DNA of 10,485 bases, from contig JAYGDX010000220.1 in the NCBI GenBank assembly GCA_046582655.1, forward strand, positions 1-10,485, read 5' to 3'. Below the pieces are notes generated by a model, which saw only the letters and a list, made by a program, of their open reading frames with translations, had not been told where the DNA came from and ran no database searches. Shown here in pieces: positions 1 through 6,538 of this stretch. Both the position numbers and the translations under genes were made by a program. Each line of letters begins with the position of its first letter. Within the stretch, counting starts at the first letter, position 1. The stretch is from Candidatus Poribacteria bacterium (lineage in GTDB: Bacteria > Poribacteria > WGA-4E > UBA9662).

Positions 1-444
1 GCACCTTTAGCAACCTTCTGGGCATACTTACATATTATGTATCAGAATGGTGCAACACAAAATTGGCCTGGAGCAGAAGCCTTTGATCGCTTAGCCAAAT
101 GGCTTGCCTATTCAGGCCCTCTCGATGTTAAAGCAATAGTCTTCATGGGAACGGGATTGGTTTTTGCCATCTTCCTGTTTTTAATGCGGTTAAAGTTTCT
201 CTGGTGGCCGTTTCATCCCGCAGGTTACGCTGTTTCCGGAAGTTGGTCAATGAACAACATATGGTTTTGCATTTTGATAAGTTGGGCGGTAAAAAGTCTG
301 CTGTTGCGACAAGGAGGATTAAAAGTATACCAGAAAGCTATCCCATTTTTTTTAGGGCTTATCCTAGGCGAATTTACTGTTGGTAGTCTATGGACTATTA
401 TTGGTATTGTACGCAACGTATCAACATACGGCTTCTGGTTTTAG
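1..444 (+). CDS. 3' part (runs off window start) of a DUF6785/DUF6784-type polytopic membrane protein, putative peptide/OPT-like transporter; paralog of 2248-4245
   Basis: Frame +1 is open from base 1 (APLATFWAYLHIMYQNG...) to TAG at 442-444. It has several hydrophobic helices and shares ATFWAxLH, WPG, RLxKWL, FLWWPFHPAGYAVS and GLxLGEFxVG with the C-terminus of 2248-4245. The family name comes from recall of these motifs. Confidence 0.85.
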   Translation, partial: APLATFWAYLHIMYQNGATQNWPGAEAFDRLAKWLAYSGPLDVKAIVFMGTGLVFAIFLFLMRLKFLWWPFHPAGYAVSGSWSMNNIWFCILISWAVKSLLLRQGGLKVYQKAIPFFLGLILGEFTVGSLWTIIGIVRNVSTYGFWF

Positions 445-744
445 AAAAAGAGTATTAGTGAAACAGTTGTGTTTTTAGTTATAGACGTGGAGCAACGATG
501 CCAATGTGGGTGACTCAGGACACTCTTGATGATTAGCTGTCCCGACAGGAAGCGCGAAATTCCCGCCTAGTAACGACCTGGTCGCATCTGCCATAGGTTC
601 TGAAGCACGTTCTCCACGAACCAACTCTCCTGCAGGAGGAAAAACAGCTGAAAGTGCACTATAGAGTACCTACTGGAACACGTCACACGAAAGAGCACCA
701 AGCTAAAGATTTAGTTGCTTCATCAGGCTATACCCTTCTGCATA

Positions 745-830
745 TTGGAATGTAGTGTTACGCTACGCCGTTTTGGAACCTGTTCTTTTGCGCTGGGAAA
801 TTATCCGACGCATTGTATGTACCGTCGTGG
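745..830 (+). repeat. 86-bp imperfect direct repeat, copy 1 (copy 2 at 6064-6149)
   Basis: Ungapped manual alignment to 6064-6149 gives 72/86 identities; conserved core tcttttgcgctggRaaattatccgacgcWttgtatgtaccgYcgtgg. Confidence 0.9.
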
Positions 831-891
831 GCGTATGCTAGTATTCGTTGTGGTCATCCTCAGCAAAGATCCGATTGAACTGAACCTCACT

Positions 892-1069
892 CTACTTCAG
901 AATTATCATCTTCTGCATGGATGTATAGCCTTGAGTCTCAGGGTATAGAAGTAAATACCACTAGTCACCTGCCCTCCAGACTGAGTCCTGCCATCTAATA
1001 GATGGCCTAGTCTCTCTGCAAGTAGGTACCTGCTTCCTGAGAACCTAAATCTAGTCGTCGTACGAGGTC
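892..1069 (-). pseudogene. Remnant of a FlgD-Ig / T9SS type A-like C-terminal domain
   Basis: Minus strand reads DLVRRLDLGSQEAGTYLQRD*AIY/(fs)DGRTQSGGQVTSGIYFYTL/(fs)TQGYTSMQKMIILK* (stop 894-892). This is colinear with the tail of 4946-5899 (VRRLRLGRQNAGEYHTREKAAYWDGRNDAGETMGSGIYLYEMRTGDYTSVRKAMLLK*). It has one in-frame TAG, two frameshifts and no upstream body. Confidence 0.85.
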
Positions 1070-1183
1070 TAGCAGTTCGCTTTACTCCACAAAATTGAAA
1101 ATATTTGACTGCACCACTCAGTTATGATACGGTAGGTTGGCAAGTTCAGATTGAAGACAACTAAATCGATAAAAACTCAATCA

Positions 1184-1201
1184 ATGCAACTTATGTTGCA
1201 T
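1184..1201. promoter_or_regulatory. Candidate operator palindrome ATGCAAC-N4-GTTGCAT upstream of the LamG gene
   Basis: Perfect 7-bp inverted repeat with a 4-nt spacer about 150 bp upstream of the 1349 start, in an AT-rich spacer. No regulator was identified. Confidence 0.3.
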
Positions 1202-1348
1202 CTGACTATGGTCATTGGCTTGGTCTCATTCAAAAAGTAGAATTTAGGATGTCAGCGGGTTTCTAAGCTGAAGCATCTGTATTTGATTTGATCTTCAAGC
1301 CAACGGAATAATTCCAAGTTCTCTATAGATTTACCTACAGGAGAATGA

Positions 1349-2104
1349 ATGATGAAACCGAAATTTAATCTTTTGAAATTTTTTATCAGTCTTGCATTGA
1401 TGATGGGTTTGGCTACTTTGTCAGTAGCAGACATAACTGATGGACTGGTTGGCTATTGGCCGTTGGACGATGCCGTCAAAGACGAAGCGGGCAAACACGA
1501 CGGCAAGTTAGATGGTGGCGCGAAATTCGTTAAAGACGCCGACCGGGGTCAAGTCCTTGAAGTAGATGGTGCGATTGGCCCCAAAGAGGGCAAAGCCATC
1601 GTGCCACATGCTGATGATATCACCTTCACCGTTAATGACAGTTATACGCTGTCGGTTTGGGTCAATGCCCTTACTTTGCCCGGGCATTGGGCTGGTATCG
1701 TTAATAAAAGTCGCGACAAAGCCCCTGGTACGGACTCTGGCTTGATGGCAGTAACAGGTGGTGTTTTGGCGGGCAAAATATATTTGGCAGCACCCCCAAA
1801 GCTAAGCAGTGGTATCACGTAGCATTAGTTCAAGATACTAAGGCTAAGAAACGACTGGTCTATGTTAACAATAAATTGGATTTTGAAGGGGGCCCCGATT
1901 GAGGCCAGTGGCGCGGGTGATCTGTGGATGGGTGGCGCCAACTGTTGCGGTTTAGGGGAACAGTTTAATGGGCGCATCGACGATGTAGCCATTTTCAACC
2001 GAGCTTTGTCAGAGAAGGAAGTTCCTGAAGCGGGCGAAATTGTCAAAATTCTGCCTGTACAACTAAAGGGTAAATTAACCGCCACCTGGGCCAGTGTGCG
2101 ATAG
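1349..2104 (+). CDS. Secreted LamG-like (ConA/laminin G jellyroll) domain protein, ~251 aa after correcting two compensating indels; may be a pseudogene or carry sequencing errors
   Basis: RBS AGGAG at 1339-1343; Sec signal peptide (MMKPKFNLLKFFISLALMMGLATLSVA); GLVGYWPLD and YTLSVWVN motifs. After a -1 at CCCC 1722-1725 the alternative frame reads PWYGLWLDGSNRWCFGGQNIFGSTPKAKQWYHVALVQDTKAKKRLVYVNNKLDFEG. A +1 at GGGGG 1888-1892 rejoins LWMGG...FNGRIDDVAIFNRALSEKEV. The protein ends VQLKGKLTATWASVR*. Track ORFs 1349-1822 and 1862-2104 are pieces of this gene. Confidence 0.88.
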
Positions 2105-2180
2105 AGATAAGTCAACCCGCTAATGCAATAGCAATTTTAGCCAGTAGGAATTTAAATCCTACGATACAATGCAAGTTACG

Positions 2181-2222
2181 ATAAAACAGCTCTACTAGCT
2201 AACTAGTAGAGCTGTTTTATTT
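2181..2222 (+). terminator. Intrinsic (probably bidirectional) terminator hairpin
   Basis: ATAAAACAGCTCTACTAG (2181-2198), loop CTAA, CTAGTAGAGCTGTTTTAT (2203-2220): a perfect 18-bp inverted repeat with A-tract/T-tract ends, starting 77 bp after the LamG stop. Confidence 0.8.
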
Positions 2223-2247
2223 AGAGGAAACATAGGCCAAAACATGT

Positions 2248-4245
2248 TTGGATTTTGCCTCTATCTCTTTTTCGCATGTTTATAGGCCCGCCAAATCAGA
2301 TATGACTGATAGAAAAAGACCTCCAATTCCCCTTAGCTCTAAGTCCCGTCTGTCGGTTGTGCTGACGATTGGCATCTTGTTGACCATGGCCAATTGTTAC
2401 TGGATGGTACTGGCGGAAGCCATGTTTCGCACCATTCACATGACAGTGCAATCAATTGCTATGAACGCCATTTTCTTTCTCTTCTTTCTCAATCTGATCA
2501 ATATGGTATTGAAGCGTTTCACACCTCGCACAGTTCTCAATAAATCAGATCTTTTGCTGATCTATGCCATGGTCTGTATGGGGTCTACGGTTAGCGGTCA
2601 TGGATTCATGCAATTGCTGATTGCAATCATGACCTATGTCCACTGGTTTGCATCGCCGGAAAATGACTGGGCTAATCTCATTTGGCCCCATCTGCCACCA
2701 TGGATGACAGTGGCTGACAAAGCGGTTTTAGCCGACCACTACCAGGGGGAATCTTCTTTTTATTCCGAAGCCAACCTTCAGGCCTGGATGGTACCCACCC
2801 TGGCCTGGTCAGTTTTTATTTTTGTCTTGATCTTAGTGATGCTGATGATTAATGTGTTGATGCGTCGACAATGGGTCGAAAGCGAAAAACTCACTTACCC
2901 CATCATCCAGTTACCGTTACGGATGGTTGACAATCCAGCTGGATTATATAGCCATAGGCTACTCTGGGTCGGCTTTGCCATTGCTGGAGGCTTGGACATT
3001 CTGAATGAACTTCATCATCTTTATCCTGTTATCCCTGGTATTAATCTAAAACTACACGATCTGAGTCGATACTTCACCAAACACCCTTGGAGTGGAGTCG
3101 GCTGGTTTCCCATCTCCTTCTATCCCTTTGTCATTGGTTTGGGCTTCCTGATCCCCCTCGATTTACTCTTTTCCTGCTGGTTTTTCCATCTTCTCTGGAA
3201 AGTGCAGCGCGTTATTATCTTCGGCTTCAGCTTGTCCGCCCGTGGAGGCGGTTATGCTGGCTATCAGTCGATGATTGAGCAATCGACTGGAGGGTATTTA
3301 AGTCTCTGCCTGATTGCTTTATGGGTCAGTCGTCGGCACATCTTTACCGTTTTGAAATCTGCTCTTAGTTCAGAACAGTTGGATCAATCACAGGAACCCA
3401 TCTCTCATCGAACGGCACTTTTCTGGTTTTTATTGGGTTTTCTTTTTCTGATCGGTTTTTCGACTGCAGCCGGAATGTCGGTCTGGTTAGCGGTAGTATT
3501 TTTTGTCATCTACACCATGATTAGTGTAGCCGTTACCCGCATGAGAGTGGAGATGGGGACGCCAGTGCACGACATCCATTACGGTGGACCCGACTTGTTG
3601 ATTCCACCCATGGTCGGCACACGCCAACTCGGCGCCAGAAATTTGACCATTCTGGGCATGTACTCCTGGTTTAACCGAACCCGTTATAGCGATGCTATGC
3701 CCCACCAACTAGAAGGCTTCAAAATGGCAGAGCGAACAAACACCAATAACCGACGACTTCTCTTGGTCATCGTATTTGCTATTTTTATCTCTATTTTGGC
3801 TACCTTTTGGGCCTTCCTGCATAGCAGCTATCAGATAGGAATGTTAAATAGCCACATGACCTGGCCTGGTAGGCAAGGGATGGAACGGCTACAGAAATGG
3901 CTGACTCAGCCCTTAGCACCCAGTGCCGCCACCCCGATTTCTGTCAGCACCGGTGTGATTTCTACCATCTTCCTTGCCTTAATGCGCATGCGCTTTTTAT
4001 GGTGGCCCTTTCACCCGGCTGGTTATGCGGTCTCAAACAGTTGGGGGATGGCTATTTCCTGGTTTCCCCTCTTCATCGCCTGGGTGATCAAGGGATTGGT
4101 CCTGCGACATGGCGGATTTAGGCAGTATCAAAAACTGGTTCCGCTGTTCATGGGGTTGATGCTGGGCGAATTTATGGTTGGTGGATTTCTTTGCGCTTTC
4201 GGCACGATAACGGGAAAAACCGTCTACTCCTTTTGGCCATATTAG
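2248..4245 (+). CDS. DUF6785/DUF6784-type polytopic membrane protein (putative peptide/OPT-like transporter)
   Basis: Intact 665-aa ORF with many hydrophobic segments and the motifs ASPENDW, LMRRQWVESEKLTYPIIQLPL, GLGFLIPLDLLFSCWFF, RMRVEMGTP, MPHQLEGFKM and WWPFHPAGYA. The start is uncertain (TTG 2248 or ATG 2302). Confidence 0.9.
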   Translation: MDFASISFSHVYRPAKSDMTDRKRPPIPLSSKSRLSVVLTIGILLTMANCYWMVLAEAMFRTIHMTVQSIAMNAIFFLFFLNLINMVLKRFTPRTVLNKSDLLLIYAMVCMGSTVSGHGFMQLLIAIMTYVHWFASPENDWANLIWPHLPPWMTVADKAVLADHYQGESSFYSEANLQAWMVPTLAWSVFIFVLILVMLMINVLMRRQWVESEKLTYPIIQLPLRMVDNPAGLYSHRLLWVGFAIAGGLDILNELHHLYPVIPGINLKLHDLSRYFTKHPWSGVGWFPISFYPFVIGLGFLIPLDLLFSCWFFHLLWKVQRVIIFGFSLSARGGGYAGYQSMIEQSTGGYLSLCLIALWVSRRHIFTVLKSALSSEQLDQSQEPISHRTALFWFLLGFLFLIGFSTAAGMSVWLAVVFFVIYTMISVAVTRMRVEMGTPVHDIHYGGPDLLIPPMVGTRQLGARNLTILGMYSWFNRTRYSDAMPHQLEGFKMAERTNTNNRRLLLVIVFAIFISILATFWAFLHSSYQIGMLNSHMTWPGRQGMERLQKWLTQPLAPSAATPISVSTGVISTIFLALMRMRFLWWPFHPAGYAVSNSWGMAISWFPLFIAWVIKGLVLRHGGFRQYQKLVPLFMGLMLGEFMVGGFLCAFGTITGKTVYSFWPY

Positions 4246-4335
4246 GACTAGCCAAGCCCAAAGCAGCAGTCAGTTTTACCCGTCAGATAGTTAAATTACT
4301 TATAACCGTTAGACCGCAAATATCAGAGGTGGTTT

Positions 4336-4452
4336 TCAATTCTCTTCTTCGATAACGAGTATTTGATTCGATGTAACTCGGAGAAAACTTTGTCTCGACC
4401 CGCCAGGCCACTGAATGTCGATGTCCGTTTTCTCGGCAGTTCCTAAACCGAA
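4336..4452 (-). pseudogene. Remnant C-terminus of an ASPIC/UnbV domain protein
   Basis: Minus strand reads FGLGTAEKTDIDIQWPGGSRQSFLRVTSNQILVIEEEN* (stop 4338-4336), matching the ASPIC/UnbV pattern HFGLG...WP(S/G)G...NQ...IEE and the paralogous segment in 4946-5899. There is no open upstream body. Confidence 0.8.
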
Positions 4453-4668
4453 TCAGTCATGATCTGCCTTCTGGGTAGCGGGTTAGGGTTGATGATTGGA
4501 GGCGGTGCGGGCCAAGCGATGTCTTGGGAGCTAGTTACTTGATGACAAATAAAGGTCAAGGGGATGGTCAGTATAGTGGTTGGAGGGACGTGATATCTCA
4601 GTTGGTGGATTAGACTTTGAGTGGCCTTTGGTAATTAGACTATGCTAACCGCTATTCTAGCGGTGGTA

Positions 4669-4945
4669 AGCGTTGGCGCTGTGTTTGGGACTACGATAAT
4701 GATGGGGATTTGGATCTGTAGATTACCTCGGTTAATACTACCCTATCCAATGGGCTTCTCCGAAATGAAGGGAACGGAAAGTACACTGATGTCTCCGCAC
4801 AGGCGGGGTAGACAGAAAGGGATTCGATAAGAACGGGGTATTTTGGGATTGCGACAATGATGGAGACCTAGATCTCCTCGTCCACTCCTGGCCCACTTCT
4901 GCAGCCGGTAAAACCACTATCCTGTATCGGAATAACGGGGATGGG
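4669..4945 (+). pseudogene. Disrupted 5' FG-GAP/VCBS repeats belonging to the CRTAC1-like gene that continues to 5899
   Basis: SVGAVF/(fs near 4687-4689)DYDNDGDLDL*ITSVNTTLSNGLLRNEGNGKYTDVSAQAG/(fs at GGGG 4805-4808)VDRKGFDKNGVFWDCDNDGDLDLLVHSW...LYRNNGDG, running in frame into MFADVT at 4946. There is an in-frame TAG at 4719-4721 where Tyr/Phe is usual. No signal peptide or start could be found. Confidence 0.82.
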
Positions 4946-5899
4946 ATGTTTGCCGATGTTACCCAATTGGTGGGCATTGAACTGGTAAACGTAGATAGTT
5001 CGGGAGCGAACGTCGGAGATTATGACAACGATGGGTGGTTGGATCTGTGCATCACATATCACAACGCACCAACCCTTCTCTATCACAATAACAGAAATGG
5101 AACGTTTACGAAGGTGGATGGTGCGGCGGGGGTTGTCGGCACAAACAGCGGCTCCACGAGCTTCGTCGATTACGACAATGACGGCGATCTTGACCTATTC
5201 ACCGGACATTCTCCTATTGGCGGGGAAGGTTCACTCAGGCTGTACCGGAATAATGGCACAACCAATCTCTGGTTAGAGTTGGTCTTGGTTGGTACCAAGA
5301 GCAACCGCGATGCGATTGGGGCGCGAGTGAAGGTCGCTGTCGAACATCTTTACCTACTCCAGGAAATGACAAGAAACTCCGGTGGGTATTACGGTAATAA
5401 GCAGGACCTCATCCCTCTCCACTTCGGCCTAGGACCGGTCCGCAAGGCCGATGAAATCGAGGTGCGCTGGCCCTCTGGGCTGGTGGAAGTCTTCAGAAAT
5501 GTGAAGGCCAATCAGCGCATTCTGATCGAGAAGGGTTCGGGGGATTCGTATCACGTCATCGCTGTCGAGCCGCGTGGAAAGTTGCCCACGACGTTCGGTC
5601 ATATCAAGCGGACGTCGCTGTTACAGAACTATCCCAACCCTTTCAATCCAGAAACATGGATTCCCTTTGTGCTTGATGAAGCCGCAGAAGTCGAAATCAG
5701 TATCTACAAGGTCACGAGCAATCAAGTGAGACGGCTTCGGCTAGGACGACAAAATGCGGGCGAGTACCATACCCGAGAAAAGGCAGCGTATTGGGATGGG
5801 AGGAATGATGCCGGTGAAACGATGGGAAGCGGCATCTATTTATATGAGATGCGGACAGGCGACTATACCTCGGTACGGAAGGCGATGTTGCTGAAATAG
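4946..5899 (+). CDS. CRTAC1-family FG-GAP repeat + ASPIC/UnbV + C-terminal FlgD-Ig (T9SS type A-like) protein; surviving 3' ORF of a 5'-disrupted gene
   Basis: Ca-binding repeats GDYDNDGWLDL and VDYDNDGDLDL; ASPIC/UnbV motifs SNRDAIGARV, LHFGLG and VRWPSG; linker AVEPRGKLPTTFGHIK; tail LLQNYPNPFNPETWIPF...AYWDGRNDAGE..GSGIYLY..RKAMLLK*. Confidence 0.88.
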   Translation: MFADVTQLVGIELVNVDSSGANVGDYDNDGWLDLCITYHNAPTLLYHNNRNGTFTKVDGAAGVVGTNSGSTSFVDYDNDGDLDLFTGHSPIGGEGSLRLYRNNGTTNLWLELVLVGTKSNRDAIGARVKVAVEHLYLLQEMTRNSGGYYGNKQDLIPLHFGLGPVRKADEIEVRWPSGLVEVFRNVKANQRILIEKGSGDSYHVIAVEPRGKLPTTFGHIKRTSLLQNYPNPFNPETWIPFVLDEAAEVEISIYKVTSNQVRRLRLGRQNAGEYHTREKAAYWDGRNDAGETMGSGIYLYEMRTGDYTSVRKAMLLK

Positions 5900-5931
5900 G
5901 TATTGCATAAGTCAAGGTACAATCTACACTA

Positions 5932-6067
5932 GATGAGCCTGACGAATGGATGGAAAGCGCCCTCCCTATGCATACGGTAGAACTGGATGCATTCTACATT
6001 GACATAACTAAAGTCTGGGGCTTTATACTCATCGGCGGATGAGCATCCAATGATCCAAGTGACTTGG
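5932..6067 (+). pseudogene. Internally deleted fragment of an FGE-sulfatase (SUMF1/EgtB/PvdO family) domain
   Basis: DEPDEWMESALPMHTVELDAFYIDITKV (5932-6015) matches the FGE PxHxVxLxxFxIDxxEV motif. After a frameshift, ALYSSADEHPMIQVTW (6020-6067) matches the xHPVxxVxW motif. The helix normally between them is missing, and so are both termini. Confidence 0.78.
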
Positions 6068-6149
6068 CATATAATGATGCGTTATGCTGTTTTAGAATCT
6101 GATCTTTTGCGCTGGAAAATTATCCGACGCTTTGTATGTACCGCCGTGG
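6064..6149 (+). repeat. 86-bp imperfect direct repeat, copy 2 (copy 1 at 745-830)
   Basis: 72/86 ungapped identity to 745-830; begins at the TTGG that contains the last recognisable FGE codon (Trp). Confidence 0.9.
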
Positions 6150-6304
6150 CGCTACATACACGGGGGTATTGCCTCGCTTCGACCGCGTCTTTAGAACCAA
6201 TGTCGTTTTAGTAGTTGTCGACACCGACAGGTAAAGCTCATTTCTCAGCAACCTAGGCAGTATTAATTGTGCCAAGGAATGTCAGAACGAAGAAAAGAGG
6301 TAGT

Positions 6305-6526
6305 GTTTTCTTCATACTTTCCATCATTAGAACCCATTCTGAAACCGCCGGCTAGAATCAGCACTATCCCTTTCGACACAATACGGCCCTTAGAAACCTC
6401 ATAACCTTTTTTGACATTCAGACGGAAACTCACTCTTTGACTGACACCATAATCCAAATTGACACTCTCAGACGCCGAAGGGTTCTTCAATCCTTTGACT
6501 GACACATTGACCTAATGCTGGCCTTT
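6305..6526 (-). pseudogene. Remnant of a PEGA-like domain end fused to the N-terminus of an FGE-sulfatase domain
   Basis: KGQH*VNVSVKGLK...ESVNL...VSFRL resembles PEGA (GxHxVxVxxxGY; in-frame TAG at 6514-6512). It is followed by IVLILAGGFRMGSNDGKYEE, matching the FGE start MVxIPAGxFxMGS...DE, and similarity stops abruptly there. Corresponds to track ORF 6263-6505. Confidence 0.65.
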
Positions 6527-6538
6527 GGTCTGTCATCT

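Noticed and set aside
715..948. 77-aa + strand ORF
   Set aside because: Spans the 86-bp repeat and the antisense of the FlgD-Ig remnant. The equivalent frame is stopped in repeat copy 2, and there is no recognisable motif.
1095..1128. Sigma70-like TTGAAA/TTGACT ... TATGAT promoter
   Set aside because: The spacings are 22 and 12 bp, outside the usual 16-18 bp.
2144..2162. Near-palindrome GTAGGA-ATTTAAA-TCCTAC, considered with the 2181-2220 hairpin as a CRISPR/REP/attC-like structure
   Set aside because: Single copy with no spacer array and no clear attC core sites; the larger hairpin is adequately explained as a terminator.
4642..4830. 62-aa ORF resembling a small membrane protein
   Set aside because: Out-of-frame reading of the disrupted FG-GAP repeats; only SVGAVF is in the ancestral frame.
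745..6149. 86-bp repeat pair as template/variable repeats of a diversity-generating retroelement (tempting because FGE-type domains are known DGR targets)
   Set aside because: Mismatches are not adenine-specific on either strand of either copy (at best 6 of 14) and are mostly transitions. No reverse transcriptase is in the window, and neither copy sits at the 3' end of an intact gene.
1008..6514. Amber (TAG) recoding suggested by in-frame TAGs at ~1008-1010, 4719-4721 and 6512-6514
   Set aside because: TAG is the apparent true stop of genes ending at 444, 2104, 4245, 5899, 9371 and 10217, and the internal TAGs occur only in sequences that are also frameshifted or truncated.
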